DNA of 64,000 nt. Origin: Lepidodermella squamata (taxonomy: Eukaryota > Animalia > Gastrotricha). The notes beneath the pieces were generated by a model. It did no database searches and was not told the DNA's origin. It was given only the letters and a program-made list of their open reading frames with translations. The number at the start of each line of letters is the position of its first letter. Position 1 is the first letter of the stretch. A program made the translations under genes and the position numbers. Where the stretch lies: contig JBLDXI010000040.1 of the NCBI GenBank assembly GCA_047495785.1, forward strand, positions 1-64,000. Reading direction: 5' to 3'. This document shows, one piece after another, positions 36,376-48,004 of this stretch.

Positions 36376-37285
36376 ATGGCGAACAAGTACTCATCGGTTT
36401 CCCTTGGCGCCTACGTCGGAGCTGTTATGAGCGACGTAGCCGTTCTCTGCTCCGACCTGCTTCAAATCATCGACAACAAAGCCGCCCATGACCGCGCACA
36501 TGATCACCGAGCTGAACTCTCATCAGTCGACTACAGGTAAAATTGACAACATCAAATTCTAAAAGCTTACAACAATTCGCTAATTTTATAGCAAATCAGC
36601 GTTTATGTTTGCCAACCGTCTCATCGACCGGCTTAACATCCTAGAACCCATCGAGGAGCAGAATTTTCGAGACCCCTTACTCGAGGTGATCAACAGCCGG
36701 CTATTCGCCCATCGACCGAACTCTATGTCAACGGAAGACTGGGTCGAACAACCCCCACCTCAATCCCCACCCCCACCAGCCCCCATGCAACCTCATTCGA
36801 CAAGCGCAGAAATCCACATCGAAGCACCCCTGAATGTGCCCATCATGAACCCAGTCCTTACGCAAAGAGCTCCCGAGGGAGGCGTTATACCATCCAGTCA
36901 CAATTCAGGGAAGGCTCGGAAAATCTTCAACAATCAGCAGAAAAAGGTAAATTAATTAATTCTTTTTATTTAATTAATTTTAATTAATTAATTCCTTTAT
37001 GAATTTTCAAAGACACTTTCTGCGGAGTATGAGCGAAGCAAATTTTGCAGTCCTGCTCGGAAGGCTGTTCTAGCAAAAGAACTCGGGCTTACCGAACGGC
37101 AAATCAAGGTTTGGTTTCGCAATCGGAGATTCAAGGACAGGCTGAACAATCTGAAAGTGACGTCTGATCGGTTCGAAAACGGTGCTGTCGACTACCCATC
37201 GATGAATATGAATGAGAGTGCGTCTGGGATGGACGAAGCCTCCTGTCCAACACCGCCTTTGCCGCATCAGGATGCAACAAACTGA
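36376..37285 (+). CDS. Divergent ANTP-class-like homeobox transcription factor with R50; exons 36376-36536, 36592-36946, 37013-37285
   Basis: Spliced homeodomain SGKARKIFNNQQKK|TLSAEYERSKFCSPARKAVLAKELGLTERQIKVWFRNRRFKDRL; Pro-rich region upstream; both introns are GT-AG and frame-preserving. Confidence 0.9.
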
Positions 37286-37887
37286 TTGATATGTTATACG
37301 TCACTGTCTCATTCTACCACTGTCTTCAGAGTGCTACAACACTGGCTTTTTTACTAAGAAATGACTTGAGCTATTGGAAATGGATATTTCTGATTGCTTT
37401 TAATTTACTTAAAAAAGTCAGTGTATAAAACCGCGCCATTATTTTGTTGAACTCAATTTACTCACTATACACTGTTTACAGTTTACAGTATGCATTTATT
37501 TCAATCTGTCAATGCTAAAAATGAATAAAAATGAAAATTCTTGAAGTCCTATTTACCTACTACACATATGAGCTCGAAGAATGGGAAAAAATCGGACAAT
37601 CCCGGTAAAACCAAATACCGAACAAATACCGAACAAATACCGAAATCGGGGTTTTCAGGTTTTTCCCGGAAATTTTGGTAAAATCTGCCCTGAATGTATT
37701 AAACACCTTCAGTCGCATATGGTCCAATCAGTTTCCACTCAATAAATTTCGTCTCGCCCCAAGTTTATTTCCATCCAATCGTCTAAACACCTGCGCTGTA
37801 GGTATCATTCGGATCTCTCGCAACCCAATAGTATCAATACTTATTATTCTTTTCTTTTGTTCTAACCTTATCATTTCTTGAACGAAA

Positions 37888-38835
37888 ATGGAGCAAGAAT
37901 CTGCGAGAGCTCCTATTTACAAAAGGTATCGATCGTCGAAATGGGGGCTGTTCCTCAACTATATCAGATGCATAATCAGCGAGTCCAGCTTGATGGTAGT
38001 CTGGGGGCAATCTTTCGAGATTCTTCATAACAACTGTGGCAAATCTAGAGGATTTCAACCTCAACTCGATCGCATTTGGGAAATCCTTATCGTGGTGGGT
38101 CTTCAATTCCTCTACACGTCCTACGCATTCGCAAATGAGCTCAGAATTTGGGACGGATCTGTTGGGAAATCTGTAGATTTGCCATTTAACACAGTTGGAT
38201 CAATCGGCATACTCATAATCGTACAAGTATACTGGTCTCTGCAAACAACCCATAAATGGTTCATCATTTTTCTGAGCTTGGCCAATATTTTCCTCTTAAT
38301 CATTGAGCTAGTTCAGATTACAACAAATTTTACGTGCAAAGTCAAACAGTACGAGGGCTTTTTTGATGGCTCTCAAGATCGATCTTTTTTTGGTAGATAC
38401 CATTTCGCTAAAAACTTCAAAATACTGCACCTTTCTCTGGCTTTTCTTGCTTTGGTCTTATTATTCCAGTACGGACTCGGTTTTGCAGCTGTCCAGTGTA
38501 CGAGACCGGATCTTCACAGTTGGGCTTATTTTAGTATATCATTATTGATGTTAACTCATTTCTTAATGGGCCTAGCTTTTTTACCCGATGACGAAACAGG
38601 CGCGTTGATTATAAAACATCATATCAAGTTCATCTATTGTTTAAGCACTGCTATTCTCCTCGCATGTTTAGTAATATATGCGATTGTTGGCCTTCCTTTG
38701 TTCAGTTTAAAGTCTGAATTTTGTGCGGTTTTGGCTTTTCAACTCATTTTCTGGTCTGTTGATCTGATTATTCGTGCCTGCTATGCTTGGTGTTGTGATG
38801 ATGAGCAATTCGAAAGAATTCCTGATTCTGAGTAA
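37888..38835 (+). CDS. Intronless ~8-TM orphan membrane protein, member 5
   Basis: 315 aa; YKRYRS..RC; IELVQITTNF; LTHFLMGLAFLP; WSVDLIIR; CC in tail. Confidence 0.85.
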   Translation: MEQESARAPIYKRYRSSKWGLFLNYIRCIISESSLMVVWGQSFEILHNNCGKSRGFQPQLDRIWEILIVVGLQFLYTSYAFANELRIWDGSVGKSVDLPFNTVGSIGILIIVQVYWSLQTTHKWFIIFLSLANIFLLIIELVQITTNFTCKVKQYEGFFDGSQDRSFFGRYHFAKNFKILHLSLAFLALVLLFQYGLGFAAVQCTRPDLHSWAYFSISLLMLTHFLMGLAFLPDDETGALIIKHHIKFIYCLSTAILLACLVIYAIVGLPLFSLKSEFCAVLAFQLIFWSVDLIIRACYAWCCDDEQFERIPDSE

Positions 38836-39683
38836 ACGTTATGATGTAATAGCCACGGTTTATTCACCCCAGGCTTGACATTCAAGGCTTTAAGTTCAAT
38901 GCATGCGCATAAATAAAATTCAATAAAATATATTCAATTGGCGTGGCTTCAAGACTTCTTTGAGTATCCTACTTTGAAGATTGATAAAGATTGATAGCGG
39001 CAGTTTGTGAAATACGGGAGAGGGAGGGTACAGGGGTACCTTGAGAGATTCAGACAATAATTGGGATCCTTTGGTCGGTGGTCGGATAACGTCGGGGCCC
39101 AACCTCGGGAATTTTACTTCATCCGCGGGATAATTGGAGCCAGTGTGCGAAGTACGGGGTACAGGGGTACCGTAACCATTAGCTTCAGAGGTCAAGACAG
39201 GAAAGCCCGATATAACCCACAGAGGGCCCTTTTGTCTGATAAACTCGTACCCTCAGCTACTTCGCTTAACGCATTATATAAAGCGATTTTATATTTCCCC
39301 AAAAATCCCAAAAAGTGGCAAAGAGAAAACGTAGAGCGTGGAAAGTATACGGGTTTTCAAATTTGCTACCCCTTTCCACTTTCCACTATCATTCTAACAC
39401 GATTTTAGACTTTATCACTATCTTATCTCTTATCCCCATATAAGACGACTATATTATCAAAGTTATTCATAGTTTATTCTCTCAGGCCTAATGAAAACTT
39501 AAGGCAGTGTGTTGTTCACCTACGTCGCGTGATTTCTATGAATTGTAGCAGAAAGGCAACATTATTACATTTAAAGACTGGTCGCAAGCTTTTTTGGCAA
39601 GGTATTCCATACATGTTTATACTACCCTTCTATCATCTGTAAGAAAACTCTTGCCACTACCTTAGGTGAGTTTTTCTATAGTC

Positions 39684-41070
39684 ATGGCTCTCTTCGTCAG
39701 AGCAGGGGTAATAACTGCTTTGTTTACCCTCAACTTAGTAGCAGCTCAAGATGATTTATCCTCCCTAATCGAACCTTACCGCCTAGCAAGTAAAGCCCCT
39801 GGATTTTGTTGCTCTGTACTCAAAGATGGAGTGACTATCGGCATTGGCGCTACCGGCGTTCGGAAAAATGGCAGCTCAATTCGGGTTCAACAATCCGACA
39901 AGTGGCACTTGGGCTCAAATGCGAAAGCTATGACAGCGACACTGGTCGGGATTTTTGTCGAGCAGGGCTTGCTTCGCTTTGAAGACCCGCTTGGGAGGCT
40001 ACTACACGGCGAGCAGATTCATCCAGAATTGCAGGATACTACCCTCGAGCAGTTGTTGCAGCACCGGGGTGGATTGCCTGGGGACGTTCCGGCAGAAATT
40101 TGGAAGAAAATGTGGCAAGATGGCAAATCGACAACTGCTAGAATAACGGCTGTTCGACCATTACTGAAACTGAGGCCGGTCTATGCGTAAGGATTATGTT
40201 GTGCCGCTCTATTACCCTAAGTTACCATAGCTAAAGAGAACACCAATCAATGTTTAAGAAACTCTTTGGAAGATTGAAGGCCCAAAGATTGGGGAATCTG
40301 CTCAAAATCGATGAGAATCCCGAAAATCCCGAAAATCCGATAGTTCGGTATTTTTAGGTAATTCTCCGGTTTCAACCGATTTTTACTACATTTTCACTGT
40401 TGTAGTTTAATTGTGGAAATCTCGAAGGAACTTGAGGAACTTGCTTATACCATGTTACATTTTCAGGCCCGGTACAAAATTCATTTACTCAAATGCCGGT
40501 TACATGTTAGTTGGTGCTGTTCTGGAGAGGTCTGCGAACGATACCTGGGAAAATATCATCAATGAGCATCTTTTTACGCCATTAAATATGTCAAGCTGCG
40601 GCTTTGGAGCTCCTGGAACGTCGAATTTAATCGACCAACCCTGGGGTCATGAGAAAAGCCGTGGCAGAGGTCCAGTTCCGGTATCGCCGAACAACCCTCA
40701 GTCCGACAACCCACCATCGATTGGCCCGGCTGGTACTGTTCATTGTTCGCTGGAAGATTACGGCAAGTTCCTTCAAATCCATCTTGATGGCGGCAGAGGG
40801 GTGGACACCCAAATCCTGACATCCGAAACTTTGAAGCGGCTGCAGACTCCTACTGGAAATTACGCCGCTGGTTGGATTGTTGGCAAAGAAAATTGGGCAG
40901 ATGGCAATGTTCTCTCGCACACTGGTTCAAATACAATTTGGTGTTTGACGACATGGGTTGCTCCTATGAAAAATCTTGCAATGACTTGCGCGATTAATTA
41001 CGGAACTGATGAAGCCTGCTATGCCTTGAATTCAGCTCTAAAGGCCCTTCAGGAAAAATATGCTTCCTGA
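39684..41070 (+). CDS. Secreted beta-lactamase-family (class C / serine hydrolase) protein; exons 39684-40186, 40467-41070
   Basis: Signal peptide; SxxK (GSNAK), YxN (YSNAG), HTG motifs. A phase-2 intron GC|GTAAGG..TTTCAG|G gives RPVYAPGTKFIYSN. Confidence 0.93.
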
Positions 41071-41411
41071 ACTATTTTTCATTTACTTATTTCACGGAAA
41101 TTTTTATGCGGAATGTGATTCAAAAATGTTTAAAGTACATTATATTATGTAACTATTTTTTAATTAAAAATAATGGAATTATACAGTTTATTTTTGAAAA
41201 TTTAAATTTTAAAGAACTTGTGAAAAAATACATAATTTCAAGCTGGAAAAATTGCGCCAGATGTTACAGCAATTTTCTGTTTTTAATTGCTCAGACACAA
41301 CCTGCGCCTCAAATGCAATAAAAATCCCGATTTAAGTACCGCCACACCTGGTGGGCACTTTTCAAGTTGAGAAATACACAATTTTTCCCATTTTAACAAT
41401 TTTCCAAAGCC

Positions 41412-42437
41412 ATGCCAACTCATAGTAACGATAAAGGAGCTAAAGCTCCACTTTTACCCCGCCAAAACGATTCTGACGACCCTAAAATCGACCGAAATTC
41501 GTCAGAAATTCATCGAAATCAGCCGTTTAATTTTATTTTGAAAACTTTAATCGGCCTTGCGTTGACAGTTCTGATCACTCTGCTGATTCATTTCTCATTC
41601 GATTGCGTCATCGACTGCAAAGGGCAAAATTTGGCCAACTGCCAATCGCAATTCAAAACTTCAGCCTTCCTACTATTTGCCTACATCATGTACGCGTGTT
41701 TCACGGCTTCTTTTCTGCTGAAAAGCCGATATTCAAACTGTTTCCAAGTCTTGTTAACACTGGCTTACTACGTCATGACAACTCTGGTCCTACTGGCTGG
41801 TACGATATGTTTTGTCCTGATTTCGGACAAACCTTTCGGGCCAAAAATTAAGGAAGATTATTCGATGACAATCGCGATTGGATTTTCGATTTTTCTGATA
41901 GTTCTTCATTTAATTGATTTCGCGAATCATCGATTTTGCTCGATTGACTTTGAAGAAATCGAAGACGTCACGCATGATCGATATGATGTCTACAAACCGA
42001 GTTGCTGCAAAAGTTCGATTTCTTCGATTTTCCTGAATTTTCTCCACTTTTTCCTGAGTTTAATCGCGATTATTTACCTTATTTTCGGATGTTTAATGAG
42101 GGAAAATCGATTTTTCAAATTCACCGACCACCACTGGGCGAATTTCCGAATTTTACTGCCTGGCACGATTTGGCATGCTGTTGTCGCACTGGCGTTTTTG
42201 CCGGATGAGCGAATTTACCGATCTATTCATCGCGTTCGAGCAGTTTTCGCCTGTTTCTTCATTGAGACGCTGATTTTGATGGCGCTTAATGCCTTGGCTT
42301 GGAACTACCATTACCCGGCTATTCGAGAGATGACATACAGCGCACCGATCCCCGTGTTTTTCTCCATTTGGCAAATTGTTTGGATTGTAGACTTCAGCCT
42401 GCACAGATTTCCGAGGGCTTCAACTTTCGAAGAATGA
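41412..42437 (+). CDS. Intronless ~8-TM orphan membrane protein, member 6
   Basis: 341 aa; Cys loop CVIDC..NC; IDFANHRF; IWHAVVALAFLP; WIVDFSLHR. Confidence 0.87.
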   Translation: MPTHSNDKGAKAPLLPRQNDSDDPKIDRNSSEIHRNQPFNFILKTLIGLALTVLITLLIHFSFDCVIDCKGQNLANCQSQFKTSAFLLFAYIMYACFTASFLLKSRYSNCFQVLLTLAYYVMTTLVLLAGTICFVLISDKPFGPKIKEDYSMTIAIGFSIFLIVLHLIDFANHRFCSIDFEEIEDVTHDRYDVYKPSCCKSSISSIFLNFLHFFLSLIAIIYLIFGCLMRENRFFKFTDHHWANFRILLPGTIWHAVVALAFLPDERIYRSIHRVRAVFACFFIETLILMALNALAWNYHYPAIREMTYSAPIPVFFSIWQIVWIVDFSLHRFPRASTFEE

Positions 42438-43234
42438 ATTTAGCAATCAGTAATTGACAAAAATTGATTTCGTGTGAATTTCGCGCTGCAAAAGTTTGAC
42501 GACGTTTAAATTTAAAGGAATAAGATTTTGTTATACTTGCCAATAAATTGAACGCTTTTAATTCGGGTCCGAGGTTGTTGAACAAGAGTCGAAATCCAAA
42601 AACAAATGATTAATGATTAATCTCAAACGACATAAGTAGTCCTCCTAATCCGTATCAAATTTCTTCAAGTTCGAGTTATTGATACGTTTTTTTTACGTCG
42701 TCGTGGATTCGCATCGCGTCAACCTGAGACCATAGAGGTTTTTGTAAACCCAACCATTACAACATTGTTGAAGGGAGCTGCCATAATACCGAGACAGTAG
42801 GCCAAGTACGAATTGTAGACTTCAAATCGCTCTCCAACTCGTTGGAAACAGTCGATAATGATTCATAATTTTTTCAATCAAACAAAATATGAATTCTCCA
42901 TTAATGATCGTGTTTATTCATCTATTCAGTTGATTTCAAAATATATGTTTCACTGTATAGTAACGCTAAAATTGCATCTCAAGGTAGAACAATTGAGCGG
43001 CCCTCAAAACTAGCTGCTTTTTGCTTTGTATAGATGATTTAGTAAATGAGGGCATAAAGTGACAAATGAGCCCGTTTTGCCGCATAAATTACGTAAGTTT
43101 CTATCGTTAGGTTGTTTCTTGAGAAGAAATTTTAGCGTCACTGTGTGAAATTAAGCAGCTCAACGGTCAATTGTACAATCGATGATTTGCCGATTCAATT
43201 AATTCAGTTGTTTTTATGTATGGACTCGTCCACG

Positions 43235-44389
43235 TCAATTGGAGGCGGAGCATCTTTCCATTAAAAGGCCGTATGCGGAAGCTACGCTGGGAGAAAATCT
43301 GGTGGGTGCAGTGGCGAGATAAAAGCAGCAAGCCGCGAATGTAGACTGAGAATGTGTAATCGATCCACTTATGGTCTGTAACATCAAACATTATACCTTA
43401 GATCAGAAAGAAAACGCCTGCTCTCAGCTCTCACCAATCCGCTCGTTATAACCACGTTACTAGCAGAGCTAGCTGTGTTGGGGAAGCGAACGCAATCGCC
43501 AGACGTTGCTCCAGCAGTTGCGCCAGTTACTTTGTAAGGATTCCCGTCAGTTGCGCCGATGCAGGTCAAAATGCCAGGGGCATTGCTTGCCTGTGGCAGG
43601 ACTTCGTACTTGATCCAGGCAGCGTTGGCAGGTGTCTGTGTGGCTGCGCAACACGCAGCGAATGTGGTGAAGCTGTTCGGCGTGTCGGTGGAAGCCTAGA
43701 ACCACAGAAATCGATATTGGGTTTTGATGAGTATGTGATACAATTACCGCAGCAGGAGGTGTTACTGTCAGATAAGCCGTACACGAAGCTCCGGCGACGT
43801 TGTGGCAAAATTTGACGGTTTGAGCTAGTTCACTACCAGTCCCTTGTGTCGTCATTGTGCACAATTGGTAGCTAGCCTATAGAGGGAAATTCAATATAAC
43901 AGTCGAGAAAGTTTTCGATCATATCGCCGATAAGGCCGTGTTCAGGCAGCTATCCCCAGACTGGCAAGTAGGAGGCAAGTAGGAGGTGGCGCAAATTTGG
44001 AGGTTGGAGGTTGGAAAAAGCTAATTTTTCCCGAATAAAATCGAAAACTCGAGAAATGGGTGCGCAAATTATGGAACTAGCATGTTGTGGAGTACCCGAT
44101 CAACTTCCAACAAAATCGCAAATAAAGTTACCGCAGACTGGCAAGTCTGGCCATTTGTTGCACACTGACTGGCCGTTTTAGCGACGCAATTGTTGTATGC
44201 TGAGCTGCATGTATCAGCAGTCGTTTGGCAGGCAGAGCCAGTGGGGCATTGGGTGGACGCGGTCAAGCAGCTTTGTCCAGACGGGCAGGCGGAAGCGCTC
44301 GTTGGGCACGGAGTTGTAGTCGTCGATGGTGGGCAGGCTGTGACAGCAGCACAGGCGGCAGCAAGAATCGTCAGGGTAAGGTACGCCAT
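43235..44389 (-). CDS. Secreted Cys-rich protein C; exons 44389-44132, 43876-43748, 43695-43435, 43375-43235
   Basis: MAYLTLTILAAACAAVTA signal; three phase-0 introns; VKFCHNVAGASC, FTTFAACCA, CIGA, CVRFPNTA, FAACCFY, AYGLLMERC. Confidence 0.9.
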
Positions 44390-47300
44390 TGGGAAAGATG
44401 AATCGACTTATATTCCTAAAGCCTTATTTTGACGGGAATTTATATCTGCCCAGCATTGCGTCAGACTTACTTCGCATGAACCACCATAATTCGCTCTAAA
44501 ATTTCCATAAATTCTACAAACTTAGACATCGGGACGGGAATCGTAAATGCTTAAGGGCTGTCGATGTTTCTTGAATTTCTACTAAAAGACATAATTCTAT
44601 GTGAAAAATAAGAAATCCACGTAAGTTTAGGCGCTTAATTATTCGAATGAATACGAAAGCTGCTAATGATGTAGATGTTCGTCTTATGGGGCAAAAAATG
44701 CACTATGAAACGTGTAAAAAAAACTCCAAATCATGTGACTTGGATATCTACGTCACATGCGCCAAATAGTTCGGACAAAAAGCTCATTCTATCTTCCATT
44801 TGCGATATTTAACTTCACAGGATTGTTGCTTTAGACGTGAACATTTCAACCATAAGTACAAAATGCTAGTTATTGGCCGCAAATTTGAAATGGAGAATTC
44901 CTGGACCTCTAATGTTGGCCCAAGACCGACGTTTCCGGATATATTTGTTCACTTTTAGGAGGATTCTTCAAAATTCATAAACCCACAGGGAGAAATATTC
45001 AACCAGAAATCAATTTTCGCCCACCGTCCACCGTGTGTTTAATGCCATCTCGAATGAATCTTTGAAGGTTATCCTTAAATTTTGAATTCTCGAATTTTTC
45101 TTATATAATATCTTCTGCGCCAACCATTACATTGGAAGTAAGTGTTCAAGCATTATTTCCATGCTCTCATCTCGTTTTTCTCTTTGCTGTTCTTGCTCTT
45201 TTCGCGCATATGATCTGATGACCGGAACCAAAGTTACGTTTAGCGGAACAAAATTTGCATGTCACGGATCAAACTTGTAATACTCGCAAAGATTTTATAA
45301 TTTACGCAGAATTCAATGGCTATTTTTTTAGAACTATCTTGGTCAGCCATGGCTACTTTGAAAGTTCCGAGAAGTGGTTTAGGCCCATTTTCAGGTGACC
45401 TAGGTTCCGCTCACTGTGATCTGGTTCCGGTTTGAAAGGAGGACCCATTATTTAATGTTCCTATTATCGAATGAACTCAAATTGCTGTATTTATTGTTTT
45501 TTTTAATCTTTTTCATTATTTAGATCATTTCTTCACTAAACAAAAATACATGGCTGCCCAGAGTGGTTGGCCGGTTAAGAGATTGGCCTTATTTCTTTTA
45601 CCATTTCGTCAATTGGCTCCTCCATTGTATATTTTTTTCTTAGTATTTTTTATTTACTTCCAAATAAACTAATAACGTTGCCCAGATTTTATATTCAATG
45701 GCTGTATAGAATAGGGTATATAGTGCTTAATATGAAATTGATGCGGCTTATTATCTCACGCTAAAGAGCCGTCATGTGATGACTCTAGGTAGTAGTGGAT
45801 GCGCCTAAATGGTTTAAATATTTTTTTTATAAAAATTGACACGGCGGCTAGCTTTTCTGGCTTCATTTTTTCGACCATAAAAAAACTAGCAAATATTGAA
45901 CAGACAAGAACACGACGAAAAAGGCGTTTGCCATCATTTAAGATTAAACTGGAAATTAATTCCCCAAAAGTCGCAGGAAAAATTCACATCATAGTACTGT
46001 TGAAGCCTAAGCCTCAACCGGCTCTTTCACAAGTGATACCACGTCGAGGTTCGTTCGATTCAAAAATTTGAACTTCGCACAATTGCACGTGGCGCAATTC
46101 ACTTTGATTTTGCTACAACCTGTTTGCAAGCCGATCTAACTTATTATACCGATTCAGAAGGCTCTGCTTTGTAATTTTATTATATAAATCAACCCGCAGC
46201 CCTTGCCTCATAATTGAGACCTGCCATTTTTTCGGCACTGCCCAATATTTATTGAAATGAATACAACACAACAGTTCTCAAGCCATAAGTACTATAAATT
46301 GCCCTTGTTCACCTCTTTTTAAGCGTTGATAAGATTCTGAGGAGAGTATTAAGCCGATTAAACATCACATTCGCGCGATTCATGCGAGTTTGAAACCTTA
46401 AGAAGCTGCGGGGTACAACTTGAGACATGCACGGCTTTATTCTCGATCGAAAACTGTTGTTCAAGGACCAGATCGAATCTATTCGCAATCTGGTTCCGTG
46501 TGGTCTTTACGCTCTGAGACATGCAGCAAAATACTTGGACAGGAAAACCCTGGCTTTAGGCCCTTACAGGCGACTTAGGTTTCACTCACTGTGATCTGAT
46601 TCGGGTATATAAGGAACGGTCTAATCTTTTTCATTATTAATAGAAACGACGGACGTATGCTTCGCACGCCTCGTAAATATCACTCTTGTGTTTCTCTAAT
46701 AAAAAGACGATATATTCATCACAAATGAAGGCTATTACCCATTTTATTTCGGAGCAAGAGCTCCAATACGTACATTTAATAGAGTTGCATTATCTGGAAT
46801 ATTAAAGGAGATCACCGTTTTCCGTTTTGTATGCATAATTAATTAAGGAATTCGAGGATTGGGCAAAAGTTCCCGCAAAACTGCCGGTGAGAATCTTTGC
46901 TTCAATAACGTTGTGTCGCAGCCGTTGAACACGCAACCTCGTTCCATTGCACAGTCTCGACTTTAAGAACCAACATGTGCGGTGGAAGACTTGGAGGCGT
47001 GAACGTGTTTATTAACTAAGAAGGATAGAATTGACGCAGATTTGAATCAGCGCCTAAGGTAAACGAACTCCTTTTGAGGCAGATTTTTCAAAATTCGCTC
47101 GTCCAGCAAATTGACCTCGTCATTTCGAGTAGCCAGGAGACACTGTTCGGCCAAGTTATTGGGCTCAGCGTAGCGGGTAGGCAAGTCGCCGTAGATAGTA
47201 GTATAATCAAATCATTCAAGTTGTCAACGTTGTTGATTGGCTTTGGTAAAGTAATGGAATCGGTTCAATTGCTGCGGGTCCTTCAGCTAAACCATCGGAG

Positions 47301-48004
47301 AAGCCACTCGTGTACGTTGAGCCGAATCTTAAACCAAAAGTGAGCTGTTCGACCGCAGGGCGGCGATTCCGGACATGAAGCACATGCAAGGGTGATTTCA
47401 CCTCGTGACCGAACAGATGCAAGCAATAGGTTGAACAGAAATGTTTTGCCGCACCCGCCATGAGCTTGAAGCATAAAAAACTCCAGGCTGGTTATTGTCA
47501 AATACGCCATTTTCGATCTCGTCCTTAGCCGTCTTTTGTTCTTCGTTCAGCAGGAGGCGTCATCTCGAGGGCAAACGCTTTCAGCTGCTCGCGGTCATAT
47601 TCTGCTTCTTCGCGTATCAACTCGAACACTGGCACGATGATCGGTTTGGCAGATTTTGAAAAGGCTCTCAGCTTCGTACGACCCAACTCAGCGAGATCAG
47701 GGGTAGCATTGTTAGGGTTGAATACAACTCGTTGCTGATTAGGCAGGTGCAAATCGAGTCCACAAATGGCCGGAAATTCTCTGTGAAGAGAAAAGCCAAA
47801 CTGGCCAACTGGCCAACTGGCTTCCGATGTCGATACGATAATTCACGATTTCATCGAGTGCCATCAGAGTTCGATCATGACCTGTATCGCAAATAAAATC
47901 AATTTGATGTTACCATTGCCATGCTAAAAATACTGACCTTTTTCAACGTTTCGATTTTAACCCACGCATCCGCGATGAATTCTTGAAAGAGGCGGTAATA
48001 AAGA

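Noticed and set aside
36900-37150. Naming the homeobox gene Cdx or a specific Hox gene
   Set aside because: Only helix 2-3 is similar; there is no hexapeptide, the N-arm is divergent and position 50 is Arg.
39684-41070. Bacterial contamination or antibiotic-resistance gene
   Set aside because: It has a spliceosomal intron and host neighbours; family motifs alone do not show beta-lactam hydrolysis.
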